From positions 607-64,606 of the forward strand of contig WTFW01000128.1 in the NCBI GenBank assembly GCA_011523785.1: 64,000 nt of DNA. Direction: 5' to 3'. Shown one piece after another: positions 1 to 9,096 of this stretch (the stretch's first letter is position 1; every line of letters starts with the position of its first letter). This DNA is from Chloroflexota bacterium. Lineage in GTDB: Bacteria > Chloroflexota > UBA11872. Under the pieces are notes generated by a model that worked only from the letters and a program-made list of their open reading frames with translations, made no database searches and was not told the DNA's origin. The position numbers and the translations under genes were made by a program.

Positions 1-40
1 CCTGAGCGAGGAGGCTCGTCGGCGCGCTGCCCCGGGCCAG

Positions 41-1168
41 ATGGTTTCGGCTTCCGGCGTGGCCGAGGACATCGTGGCGGATCTGCTGGTTGGCCAGCCC
101 GCCAACGAAGCCCTGCCGCTCAACCATATGGTCGAGGCCGCCCGCAATGCCCTGCCCGAGAACTATCCGGCCCTCCTCTATGGCCGGCGCAAGGGCAGCC
201 TGGAACTGATTGACGTCGTTCGCGAGAAGCTGCGGGTGTTCGAGGGCCTTGAGGTCGACCGCGATCAGATCATCATTACCAACGGGTCGGGGCAGGCCAT
301 CGACATGGTGCTGCGAACGTTCGTTAATCGCGATCAGATCATTGCCCTGGACCACGCCTCGTTCGGCGCCCTGTTCGTGCGCCGCGTCTGCGACCACGGT
401 GCGCACGTGGCCTGGGACGAGCAGGGCCCCAGGCCGGAAGCCCTGGACGAACTCTTCGCGACGCGGCAACCCGCCATCTTCTACACGATCCCCACGTTCC
501 AGAATCCAATGGGCAACACAATCACTCGCGAGCGGCGCCTGCAGGTGCTTGAAATCTGTCATCGGCACGGCGTGCCAGTCTTTGAAGACGACGCCTACTA
601 CGAACTGCATTACGACGGCGAACGGCCACCATCCATGTACGAACTGGACGGCGGCACTGGCCTGGTCACCCGTGCCGGCACCTTCTCCAAGATCCTTGGC
701 GCGGGCGTTCGCCTCGGCTGGATTCTCACGTCGGCGCCGCTGACCGAGCGCATCCTCCCGCTCAAGACCGACGGCGGCACCAGCCCGTTTGCCTCCGCCC
801 TGGCGTCGGAGTTTATGCGCGAGCACATGGAAGAGCAGATTGCGCGCCTGCAAGACATCTATCGCGAACGTCGCGACATCATGCTCGCCGCGCTGGATGA
901 GCACGTCGGCGACCTGGCCAGCTGGCACCGACCGAACGGCGGATTCTTCGTCTGGCTGACGCTGGGACGACCGGAGTTGCTGGACGACGTGATGCAGCGC
1001 TGCGAGCGATCACGCGTGCACGTCCGCAGCGGGTCGGTATTCCGCGTCGATGGCGACGGGCTGGGAGCGATTCGGCTGGCCTTCAGCCATGCCCCGCATG
1101 ACGAAATCCGCACGGGCGTGCGAGTGCTGGGCGAATCGATCAGGGCCTCCATCGCGGCCAACCCATGA
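41..1168 (+). CDS. PLP-dependent aminotransferase, class I/II (fold type I). The reading frame stays open to the window edge, so the gene may be 5'-partial.
   Basis: 375-aa ORF with motifs ITNGSGQAIDMVL and TFSKILGAGVRLGWI (PLP-lysine region), typical of aspartate/aromatic-type aminotransferases. Its stop overlaps the next start (ATGA), implying an operon. Confidence 0.8.
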   Translation: MVSASGVAEDIVADLLVGQPANEALPLNHMVEAARNALPENYPALLYGRRKGSLELIDVVREKLRVFEGLEVDRDQIIITNGSGQAIDMVLRTFVNRDQIIALDHASFGALFVRRVCDHGAHVAWDEQGPRPEALDELFATRQPAIFYTIPTFQNPMGNTITRERRLQVLEICHRHGVPVFEDDAYYELHYDGERPPSMYELDGGTGLVTRAGTFSKILGAGVRLGWILTSAPLTERILPLKTDGGTSPFASALASEFMREHMEEQIARLQDIYRERRDIMLAALDEHVGDLASWHRPNGGFFVWLTLGRPELLDDVMQRCERSRVHVRSGSVFRVDGDGLGAIRLAFSHAPHDEIRTGVRVLGESIRASIAANP

Positions 1169-2229
1169 ACGCTGACTTTGCACACGCGGCCGTTGGTCAG
1201 CGGGTGCCGGTGGACCGCATGCGCGCGTTTACGACCAGCGTGATGCATGCGGCGGGGGTGTCGGCGGACCGGGCCGCCCTGATCGCCGACGTGCTGGTGG
1301 AAGCCGACGCGCGCGGCGTCTTCTCGCACGGCGTGACCCGGGTGACGCCCTACACCGCTGAAATCCGTTCCGGACTCGTGCAGCCCGACGCGGAGATTCT
1401 CACCCTGCAGGAGCGGCCGGCCACAGCCGCGCTGGACGCCGGCGGCGCGCCCGGCGCCGTGTCGGCGCAGGCCGGGATGCAGCGAGCCATTGACCTGGCA
1501 AACAAGGGCGCGGCCGGCATGGTCTGCGTTCACAATGGGCGTCACTTCGGACCGGCCGCACACTGGGCGCTGCAGGCCGTCGAGGCCGGCTGCGTGGCCT
1601 TTGTCACCAGTAGCGGAGGGGGCGCCTCCGGCGTCCTCGCCTTTGGGAGCCGCACACCGGCCCTGACCAACGGGCCGATCGCCTGGGCCCTCCCGGCAGG
1701 CACGAACTACCCGGTCGTAGCCGACATGGCCGTCGGCTTCTCGGCGCTCGGCAAAGTGCGAGTCGCCGCCGCCACCGGCCAGTCCATTCCGCTGGACGTC
1801 GGCGTGGACGCCGACGGCAATCCCACCACCGATCCCAACCAGCTCGTCTGGCTCAATCCATTCGCCGGACCGAAGGGATTCGGCCTCGGCATCGTCATGG
1901 AAACACTCTCCGGCATCCTGGCCGGGGCTACCGCCGCGGTGAACCGGACCCCCGACCACCTGGGAACCGTAGGCCAAGTCTTTGTGGCCATTCGGGTCGA
2001 GGCCTTTCGCCCCCTGGCCGACTTCGTCGCCGACATGGACGAGACGATTGACGCGATCCACGCGTTGCGCCCGGCCGAGGGATTCGACCGCGTGTTGGTC
2101 CCCGGCGAACCCGAATGGCTGAAGCGCGCCAATGCCTTGGAGCAAGGGATCGGATATCCGGCCGGGCTGCTGGACGCGGTAACGGAGACCGGCCGCGCCT
2201 ACGGCGTGGATCCAGAGTGGGACGCATGA
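1165..2229 (+). CDS. Ldh_2 family (malate/L-lactate/sulfolactate dehydrogenase family 2) oxidoreductase
   Basis: N-terminus MRAFTTSVMHAAGVSADRAALIADVLVEADARGVFSHGV matches the Ldh_2 family (AllD/YbiC/ComC-like). Translationally coupled to both neighbours by ATGA overlaps. Confidence 0.85.
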   Translation: MNADFAHAAVGQRVPVDRMRAFTTSVMHAAGVSADRAALIADVLVEADARGVFSHGVTRVTPYTAEIRSGLVQPDAEILTLQERPATAALDAGGAPGAVSAQAGMQRAIDLANKGAAGMVCVHNGRHFGPAAHWALQAVEAGCVAFVTSSGGGASGVLAFGSRTPALTNGPIAWALPAGTNYPVVADMAVGFSALGKVRVAAATGQSIPLDVGVDADGNPTTDPNQLVWLNPFAGPKGFGLGIVMETLSGILAGATAAVNRTPDHLGTVGQVFVAIRVEAFRPLADFVADMDETIDAIHALRPAEGFDRVLVPGEPEWLKRANALEQGIGYPAGLLDAVTETGRAYGVDPEWDA

Positions 2230-3296
2230 GCGATCGGCTGCGGTACGACATCGGCGAGCTACGAGTCCCTGCTGACACGATGCGCGCCTTCGGAACGAAC
2301 GCGCTGACCGCCACCGGCGTGCCCCGCGACGACGCGGCCTATGTGGTGGAAACGCTTGTTCACTGTGACCTGCGGGGGGTGTTTTCCCACGGGACACGGC
2401 TGCTCGCGGCATATACGGAAGGTCTGCACGCTGGTGCGATCAACCCGAGACCCAACATTCACGTGAGCTGTGCCGACGGCGCCGCGCGTGTGACCGGCGA
2501 CCGCTCCCTGGGACAGCTGGGCGCCCGGGCCGGCATGCAGGCCGCCATTGACATCGCGCATGAGCGCGGGGTCGGCGTTGCCGTCGCATCGAACACCGGC
2601 CACTTCGGCGCGGCCGCCTACTGGGCGCTGATGGCAGCGGACGCCGGCCTGATTGGCCACGCCGCCAGCAACATGGCCGGTCCCTGCATGCTCGCCACCG
2701 GCAGCCGGCAACCGGCCACGGGCAATACCCCCCTGGCCTGGGCCTTTCCTACGCACGGGTCGCAGCCCGTGGTGTTGGATATGGCGTCGGGCGCGTATGC
2801 CCTGAACAAACTGCACATGGTGGGGGCGACCACAGGAGCACTGCCCGCGGGCGTCGCGACCGATACCGAAGGCAATCCCACCACCGACGCATCCAAACTC
2901 GCCTACGTCCTGCCCGCCGGCGGCCCCAAGGGCTATGGCATAGGGCTGGTTCACGACCTGATGGCCGGCGTGCTTTCCGGCGACGGCACCACCCTGATCA
3001 AGGGGGCGCTCGATCCGGAGAATCGAGTCCCGCGGGGCAGCCTGTTCTTCCTGACCATTGACGTCGGCGCGTTCCTGCCGCTGGATGACTTCCGCACGGC
3101 CATGGATGCGCAGAGCCGCGCCGTCAACGCGCTGCCGCCCGCAGCCGGCTTCGATATGGTCCAGATGCCCGGGCAGCCCGAGTGGGAGCTGTTCGAGGAT
3201 CGGGTCGCCAACGGCATCGCCTATCCGGCCAGCGTGATCGAGCCGCTGACGGCGATGGCGGAGCGGCTGGGATTGGAAGCGCCGGCGGGATTCTGA
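2226..3296 (+). CDS. Ldh_2 family oxidoreductase, tandem paralogue of the preceding gene
   Basis: Start refined to the ATG at 2226 (MSDRLRYD...) overlapping the upstream stop. Carries the same MRAFGTN...DLRGVFSHGT motif set. Confidence 0.85.
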   Translation: MSDRLRYDIGELRVPADTMRAFGTNALTATGVPRDDAAYVVETLVHCDLRGVFSHGTRLLAAYTEGLHAGAINPRPNIHVSCADGAARVTGDRSLGQLGARAGMQAAIDIAHERGVGVAVASNTGHFGAAAYWALMAADAGLIGHAASNMAGPCMLATGSRQPATGNTPLAWAFPTHGSQPVVLDMASGAYALNKLHMVGATTGALPAGVATDTEGNPTTDASKLAYVLPAGGPKGYGIGLVHDLMAGVLSGDGTTLIKGALDPENRVPRGSLFFLTIDVGAFLPLDDFRTAMDAQSRAVNALPPAAGFDMVQMPGQPEWELFEDRVANGIAYPASVIEPLTAMAERLGLEAPAGF

Positions 3297-3482
3297 CTCG
3301 GGCTCCGATTACCGCCTGACGTCGTCGCGCTACGACCGGGATCCTGAGACGTCCGCCTCGAGCCACCGGACAGACTTGCGCGAATCACACGCAGAAAGCT
3401 TTCAATTAGGACCTGACAGCGAAAGGCTCAAGTCTTATGATCCAATCGTCAGCAATTGATTGAGCTGCATGGAGGCTCTCAG

Positions 3483-3938
3483 ATGACCTTTGCTATCCGA
3501 AGTTGGCGGCCGCAGGCTCGCCGCCAGGCGCTCGCCCCCAGATTCTTCGACGACGAGTGGTTCGCCCGGCCCTTCCGGCTGGCCTTCCAGGACAGCCCGG
3601 GCTGGTTGCCGCCCGTGGACATCGAGGAGACGGACGACGCCGTCGTGGTCCGCGCCTCGGTGCCCGGCTTCCAGCCGGACGAAATCCAGATCACGACCGC
3701 CGACGGCGACCTGATCATTCAGGGCGCCCACGAGGATGAGTCGAAGGGCGAGCCCGCCGAGGACAGCCGCTTCCACGTCCGCGAGCGGCGTGCCGGCCGC
3801 TTCTACCGGCGTGTCCCCTTGCCGGTGCGCACCACCGCGGCTGGCGCGGGCGCTCGCTACGAGAACGGTGTCCTGACGGTGCACATTCCCAAGGCCGACG
3901 AAGCCAGAGCGGCCAACATTGCCATCGAGTCCGCCTAG
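3483..3938 (+). CDS. Hsp20/alpha-crystallin family small heat-shock protein
   Basis: Alpha-crystallin domain (PVDIEETDDAVVVRASVPGF...GVLTVHIPK). GGAGG ribosome-binding site 8 nt upstream of the ATG at 3483. Candidate sigma70-like promoter CTGACAG-N16-TATGAT about 60 nt upstream. Confidence 0.9.
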   Translation: MTFAIRSWRPQARRQALAPRFFDDEWFARPFRLAFQDSPGWLPPVDIEETDDAVVVRASVPGFQPDEIQITTADGDLIIQGAHEDESKGEPAEDSRFHVRERRAGRFYRRVPLPVRTTAAGAGARYENGVLTVHIPKADEARAANIAIESA

Positions 3939-4004
3939 GACTCGGCGATCGCGCGGGCGGGCCAATTGCGCGGCCCGCCCGCCATCGTCCGCACAGGTGC
4001 GACC

Positions 4005-4241
4005 ATGAGCGAAACACAGATTGACGGTTTGGCCGATAGCGCGCACGACGCGTCGGCTCGCGACTTGCAGGTGGCTATCCGGGACGTGCTCGGCGCATTG
4101 CCCAGCGGCGAGAGCCCGGGCCGGTGCCAGGACTGCGGTGGCCAGATTGAACCGCTTCGCCTCGATCTCTTGCCCGGCACGACCCAATGCGCCGCCTGCG
4201 CCCGCCGCCTTGCGCGGATTGCGACGCCCAGCTTGAACTAA
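4005..4241 (+). CDS. DksA/TraR family C4-type zinc finger protein
   Basis: C-terminal C-x2-C...C-x2-C (RCQDCGGQIEPLR...TQCAACA) typical of the TraR/DksA/YocK family. Start chosen at the internal ATG (MSETQIDG); the ORF could begin at 3966. Confidence 0.65.
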   Translation: MSETQIDGLADSAHDASARDLQVAIRDVLGALPSGESPGRCQDCGGQIEPLRLDLLPGTTQCAACARRLARIATPSLN

Positions 4242-4349
4242 CCCGGGGCGCTCCCACCCTTCCCAACGCCTCGCCGGCTCCCCCCGGCGAGGCGTTGGCC
4301 ACGTCGGGAGCGGTACGCTATCGCTTCCCGTCTTCCATTCACCCAACAC

Positions 4350-5573
4350 GTGCGCTCCGAGTCCGCCGCAACCGGTCTGCGCTGCGTGGACTGCCAGCAG
4401 TCCCACGAGCTCGACTACCGTTTGGCCTGTCAGGCCTGCGACGGGCTGGTGGAGATCCAATACGACCTCCAGCGGCTGACCGATGAACCGTTGGTCCAAT
4501 CCCGGCGAACCGGCGTGTGGCGCTACGCCGCCTGGATGCCCGTGCACGACGCGGCAGATTTCGTCACCCTGGGTGAGCAGCCGTCGCCGCTGTTTCCCGT
4601 CCCGCGGCTCGGCGCCGAACTGGGCCTCCGTCGTCTCTGGATCAAGTTCGACGGCTCGAATCCCACCGGCACCGTCAAGGACCGGTCCAGCCAGACCGCG
4701 GTTGCCTGCGCCCGCCAGTTCGGATTCGACACCATCGGCGTGGTTTCTACCGGCAACGCCGCCTCGTCCATTGCCACCTACGCCGCCCGCGCCGGTCTGC
4801 GCGGCCTGGTCTGCTGTTACACGCAAAGCACCGCCGCCAAGATGGCCCACATCGCCGGCGTGGCCAGCGACGTGATCTGGTACGACGGCGTCTATGACGA
4901 CATGATCCGGCACTTCGACGCCGCGGTGGATCGCCGCTGGTTCTTCGACGGCGGGGCCACGCGCAACCCGTACAAGCAGGAAGGCAAGAAGTCGATCGCC
5001 CTGGAGACATACGAACAGCTCGGCCGCGCGCCGGATCTGATGGTGTACCCGGTTGGGATGGGCGAGACACTCCTGGCGAGTCAACGCGGCTGGGCGGCGC
5101 TTGCGGCCACCGGGCGCATCGAGAAGCCGCCACGGCCGGTTTCCGCGCAGTCCACCGAGGCCAACACCATCGCCGAGGCCTGGCGATCCGGCGACGACCT
5201 GCGGGCGAAGACGATCGGCTACACGGTTGCCGAAGGCACCGCCGTCGGCGACATGGGGGCCAAGGGCCGGCTGACCCTGCGCCGCATCCGCGAACAGGAC
5301 GGATTGGCCGGTGACGTCCCCGATCAGGAAACGCTGGACATGCAACGCCGGCTCGCGCAGGTCGAAGGCCTCTGGGTCGGACCGACCGGCGCCGTTCCCC
5401 TGGCCGTTACGGCTCGGTTGGCGCAGGAGGGTCTGATCGACCCTGACGCCGAAATCGTCTGCATCTCCTCCGAGACTGGCCTCAAGGGCGACTGGCCGCC
5501 GCTGGGGGTCGAAGGCCAGAAACCCAGCCTTGACTTGATTCGCCGGGCCCTGGATGGCGTCTCGAACAAATGA
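4350..5573 (+). CDS. Threonine synthase-like PLP enzyme (ThrC / cysteate synthase family) with an N-terminal C4 zinc ribbon
   Basis: PLP-lysine motif FDGSNPTGTVKDRSS (compare NPTGSFKDRG) and STGNAASSIATYAARAG. Carries an extra roughly 35-aa N-terminal CVDC...x16...CQAC ribbon that canonical bacterial ThrC lacks. Confidence 0.8.
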   Translation: MRSESAATGLRCVDCQQSHELDYRLACQACDGLVEIQYDLQRLTDEPLVQSRRTGVWRYAAWMPVHDAADFVTLGEQPSPLFPVPRLGAELGLRRLWIKFDGSNPTGTVKDRSSQTAVACARQFGFDTIGVVSTGNAASSIATYAARAGLRGLVCCYTQSTAAKMAHIAGVASDVIWYDGVYDDMIRHFDAAVDRRWFFDGGATRNPYKQEGKKSIALETYEQLGRAPDLMVYPVGMGETLLASQRGWAALAATGRIEKPPRPVSAQSTEANTIAEAWRSGDDLRAKTIGYTVAEGTAVGDMGAKGRLTLRRIREQDGLAGDVPDQETLDMQRRLAQVEGLWVGPTGAVPLAVTARLAQEGLIDPDAEIVCISSETGLKGDWPPLGVEGQKPSLDLIRRALDGVSNK

Positions 5574-5633
5574 CCCACCGGAGTGCCCGCGCTTGCGACA
5601 ATGCGCCAAGCGTGACTCACGAGGAGCCTGAGC

Positions 5634-5960
5634 GTGCCGACAACTTCGAACACTGACCGACCCTTTGCGGACATGATGCCCGGCGTTCGCCGGCGCACGC
5701 TGCTATGGGGCGAGACGATGCTGATGGCCGAGATCCACCTGGAGGAAGGCGGCGTGGTGCCCTTGCACGACCACGTTTACGAGCAGATCGGCTATTGCAT
5801 CGAGGGCACGTTTGACCTCACGATTGGCGACGAAGTCCACGCCATCGAACCAGGGAACTGCTGGGTCGTTCCGTCCAACGTGCCCCATGAGGCCACGGCG
5901 ACCAGCAGCTGTTTCCTGATCGAGGCCTGGAGTCCGGCGCGGGACGACTACAAGGACTGA
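5634..5960 (+). CDS. Cupin domain protein
   Basis: 108 aa with a two-His cupin motif (PLHDHVYEQIGYCIEG...VPHEA). Confidence 0.7.
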   Translation: MPTTSNTDRPFADMMPGVRRRTLLWGETMLMAEIHLEEGGVVPLHDHVYEQIGYCIEGTFDLTIGDEVHAIEPGNCWVVPSNVPHEATATSSCFLIEAWSPARDDYKD

Positions 5961-6097
5961 ACACCAGCTTCGACACCTCTCGGGTTGACGCTTCGGCGTC
6001 GGCCCCGCGCATCGTTGGGACGATTCTGCGGGACAACGGCCAGCTGGCGCCGTTTCTCCTGGCCGGAAGCGCCGCAACGTCTGCGTTTCAGCTCATC

Positions 6098-7300
6098 ATG
6101 GCCCGCGGATTGGAGCCGCGCGCCTACGCCGAGGCCTTTGCCGTGCTCGGCGCGCTGTCGCTGCTGGTAACTCCGGCCCAGGTCATTCAAACGCTGGTGG
6201 CGCGCCGAGCCGCCGAACTGGTCGCGCTCGGACGACTCAACGAACTACGAACCCTCACCCGGTCGGTTGTCCGCTGGACCGGCCTCGTCGCCGTAATCTT
6301 GATGCTCGGTATTGCGGCGGCGTCCCCGCTCATTCAGTCCGCGCTGCAATTGACCTCGCCGTGGCCGGTCGTGGTTGCTGGTATTGCCGCCGGCGGCCTG
6401 ACATTCGAACCGGTAGCGCGCGGAATCACGCAGGGCGCCCGCGAATTCGTCGGGCTCGGTGTCGCTCTGGCCGCCCACGGCTTCGGACGCCTCATCGTTG
6501 GCGCGGCAACCGTATTGGCCGGCGGCGGGGCCACCGGCGCCCTGTTGGCGAGTCCGGCGTCGGCGCTGGGGGGCATCGTCTTTGGCTGGCTGAGTGCCCG
6601 CGGCGTCTTGAATCGACCCGACGACCCGGCTGAGCAGGAGGCGTCGCCGCTGGGAATTTCGGATCACGTACGCGTGGCGCTGATCCTCTTCGCGCTAGCC
6701 GGACTGCTGCACCTGGACGTATTGGCTGTCAAAGTCTTATTCAGCCCGGATGAAGCCGCCGCCTACGCCGCGCTGGCACTCATCGGACGCATCGTCTTCT
6801 GGAGCGGAATGATGGTGGGCATCGTGCTCTTGCCCTTCGTCGTCTGGCGGGCGGCCGTTGGCGCGGGAATCATCCGCGCCTACCTGGCGAGCCTGGCGCT
6901 GATGGCCGCGGTTTCCGGCGCCTGCGCACTTATCATCCTGGCCTGGCCGGACGGCGTGTATGGCCTGATCTTCGGTGACCGCTACCCACCCTACGCCGAA
7001 CTGCTTCCCCTCTACGTGGCGGCCGCCGCGCTTCTGGCCATCGCCGTGGTAACCGCCAGCCTGCACATCGGCGCCGGTCACCTGCGGGTCTGGATTGGCC
7101 TGGTCGTCATTCTGGCCGCGACGATCGCCGGCTACGCGTTTGCCCACGATTCGCCGCGCACGGTCCTCACCGTGCTGCTGGTCGGGACGGCCGTCGCGGC
7201 TATCTACCTTGTAGCCGAGGCGATTGCGCTCGCCCATCAGAGGCGGGCGGCGGCAGCCAGAGCCGAACGTCAGGGCGCGGAAGTTCCCTCGCGCCCGTAG
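6098..7300 (+). CDS. Polytopic membrane protein, MOP/Wzx-flippase-like (polysaccharide biosynthesis/export family)
   Basis: About 12 predicted hydrophobic helices in 400 aa, with a RRAAELVALGRLNELRTL segment reminiscent of PST-family flippases. The frame is open upstream with no ATG/GTG/TTG, so the N-terminus may be truncated or use a rare start. Confidence 0.5.
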   Translation: MARGLEPRAYAEAFAVLGALSLLVTPAQVIQTLVARRAAELVALGRLNELRTLTRSVVRWTGLVAVILMLGIAAASPLIQSALQLTSPWPVVVAGIAAGGLTFEPVARGITQGAREFVGLGVALAAHGFGRLIVGAATVLAGGGATGALLASPASALGGIVFGWLSARGVLNRPDDPAEQEASPLGISDHVRVALILFALAGLLHLDVLAVKVLFSPDEAAAYAALALIGRIVFWSGMMVGIVLLPFVVWRAAVGAGIIRAYLASLALMAAVSGACALIILAWPDGVYGLIFGDRYPPYAELLPLYVAAAALLAIAVVTASLHIGAGHLRVWIGLVVILAATIAGYAFAHDSPRTVLTVLLVGTAVAAIYLVAEAIALAHQRRAAAARAERQGAEVPSRP

Positions 7301-7644
7301 TCGTCCACCAGCCGCACCACGTCGTCCGGGTGCGGTGTCGAAACCTCCAGCACGCGAACGTCCCCGTGCGGCGCCTCGTACCGGTGCACCGTGCCGGTGT
7401 GCACGCGCACGCTGGCGCCCGCGTCCAGGTCGCGCGTTGCCAACGTATCGGCTGAGTCGCCAATTGCCAGCCGCAGCCGCCCGTCAAGCACGTAGATCGT
7501 CTCGTCCTTTGCTTCGTGGTACTGCAGGCTCAGCCGCGCCCCGGCGTTGATCTCGATGATCTTGCCGATGTACAGCTCGGTTGAGGCATATATCACCTCG
7601 CGGCCCCACGGTTTGGCCACGATCGTCACGTGCTGATCGCTCAT
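7270..7644 (-). CDS. Small cupin, mannose-6-phosphate isomerase (type II PMI C-terminal domain)-like
   Basis: Motifs KPWGREV...YIGKIIEINAGARLSLQYHEAKDETIYVL resemble the ManC/PMI cupin. Overlaps the phosphomannomutase stop by 4 bp. Confidence 0.6.
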   Translation of the reverse strand: MSDQHVTIVAKPWGREVIYASTELYIGKIIEINAGARLSLQYHEAKDETIYVLDGRLRLAIGDSADTLATRDLDAGASVRVHTGTVHRYEAPHGDVRVLEVSTPHPDDVVRLVDDYGREGTSAP

Positions 7645-9092
7645 TCCGGCTCGATCTCAACCCCGGCCGCTCGCGCCCCGATGTCCAGCAGCGTCGCCAC
7701 GCGCTCTTCCGACGTGGTCTCCGTGTAGACCCGCAGCAGCGGCTCGGTTCCTGAAAACCGAATCAACAGCCAGCTCTCGTCGTCCAGGTAGTACTTGAAA
7801 CCATCCATCTCGTTGCGGCGCAATACGCGCGACCCGTCGATGGCGTCCGGCAGCCAGGCCTGGACGCGGGCCTCGATTTCGCCTCGTTCCTCGGCCGGGA
7901 ACTCCAGGTCATACCTGGCGTAGTGATACTCCCGCCCCAGCCTCTCGAACAGTAGCGCCACCAACTCCGCGGGCGTCTTGCCCTCGCGCGCCATCAGATC
8001 CAGGAAATAGAGGCCGGCTACCACACCGTCGCGTTCCGGCATGTGCGGCTGGAAGACGTACCCGCCGCTCTCCTCGCCGCCCAGCACGGCGTTGAGGTTC
8101 CGCATGGCCGGGGCCACGAACTTCATGCCCACGCCGACTTCCTCGACGTGGACGTCGTACTGCTGCCCCAGGCGTTCCAGCATTGACGAGGTTGTGAGGG
8201 TCTTTACCAGGGGGTTTCGCGATCCTGTGTGCTCGAGGAAGTAGTACGCCAGCAGGCCGATCGTGCGCAGTTGGTCTACGAAGGCGCCATGCTCGTCAAC
8301 GACCCCCAGCCGGTCGCCGTCGCCGTCGGTCACGATGCCCACAGCAGCCGATGTGTCCCGAACCACCTGCGCGACCTCATCCGTCTGCGGGGGAATCGGC
8401 TCGGGGCGTGCCAATCCGGGAAACCGCGGGTTCCAGTCGCTGTGAATCTCCGTCACGTCAAGCCGCCCGCCCTCGAGAATGCGTGGCAGCCAACCGGCCG
8501 CCGATCCATACATCGCGTCCACCACCACCCGCATGGCGCGGGCGCGCAGCGCTTCGAGGTCCACCAGGTTGGCCACGTGGTCGAGATAGGCCGCGTCGGG
8601 ACTGAACTCGCGCAGCAAACCGGCCCGCTCGGCCGTCTCGGCGTCCAGGAATCGCACTGCGTCTCCATCGACGGCCGCCACAGCATCCTCGATCAGCGCC
8701 AGCGCATCCGGATCCACGGCCGCGCCGGTGGCCGTGCGGACCTTGAACCCGTTGTCGGCCGGCGGGTTGTGGCTGGCGGTGATCATCACCGCGCCGGCGG
8801 CTCGCAGGTCGGCGGTACTGAATGCCGCCACGGGCGTTGGGCACGGAGCGTTCACGAGATGCACGGGAATGCTGTTGCCGGCCAGCACCGACGCGACATG
8901 CGCAGCAAAGCGCTCCGAACCGAAACGGCGGTCGTAGCCGACCACGATCCCGTTCTCCCAGCGCCAGTTGCGGCGCACGTAGGTCGCGAAGCCCTGGGCG
9001 ACGCGGCCAACGTTGCGAAACGTGTAGTCACCGCCAATGACGGCGCGCCAGCCGTCGGTACCGAACTTGATGGGGGTTTCGGTCAGAGCCAT
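7641..9092 (-). CDS. Phosphomannomutase/phosphoglucomutase (alpha-D-phosphohexomutase)
   Basis: Active-site TASHNPPADNGFKV. Start set at the internal ATG (MALTETPIKFGTDGWR) with a GGAGG ribosome-binding site; the track ORF runs upstream to 9287. Confidence 0.9.
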   Translation of the reverse strand: MALTETPIKFGTDGWRAVIGGDYTFRNVGRVAQGFATYVRRNWRWENGIVVGYDRRFGSERFAAHVASVLAGNSIPVHLVNAPCPTPVAAFSTADLRAAGAVMITASHNPPADNGFKVRTATGAAVDPDALALIEDAVAAVDGDAVRFLDAETAERAGLLREFSPDAAYLDHVANLVDLEALRARAMRVVVDAMYGSAAGWLPRILEGGRLDVTEIHSDWNPRFPGLARPEPIPPQTDEVAQVVRDTSAAVGIVTDGDGDRLGVVDEHGAFVDQLRTIGLLAYYFLEHTGSRNPLVKTLTTSSMLERLGQQYDVHVEEVGVGMKFVAPAMRNLNAVLGGEESGGYVFQPHMPERDGVVAGLYFLDLMAREGKTPAELVALLFERLGREYHYARYDLEFPAEERGEIEARVQAWLPDAIDGSRVLRRNEMDGFKYYLDDESWLLIRFSGTEPLLRVYTETTSEERVATLLDIGARAAGVEIEPE

Positions 9093-9096
9093 CGCC

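Noticed and set aside
859-2412. Long antisense or alternate-frame ORFs throughout the window, for example 859..2412(-), 3435..5609(-), 16863..17897(+), 21293..23167(+), 24681..26150(-), 32633..34294(-), 44874..46094(+) and 10258..11049(-).
   Set aside because: These are typical high-GC shadow ORFs: Arg/Pro/Gly-rich low-complexity translations, each overlapping a gene with clear family motifs on the other strand or frame.
3300-3482. Possible HAIR/CIRCE heat-shock operator upstream of hsp20 (CTCAAGT ... ATTGAG partial dyad).
   Set aside because: It does not match the CIRCE (TTAGCACTC-N9-GAGTGCTAA) or HAIR (CTTGAGT-N7-ACTCAAG) spacing. Only a generic sigma70-like -35/-10 is plausible.
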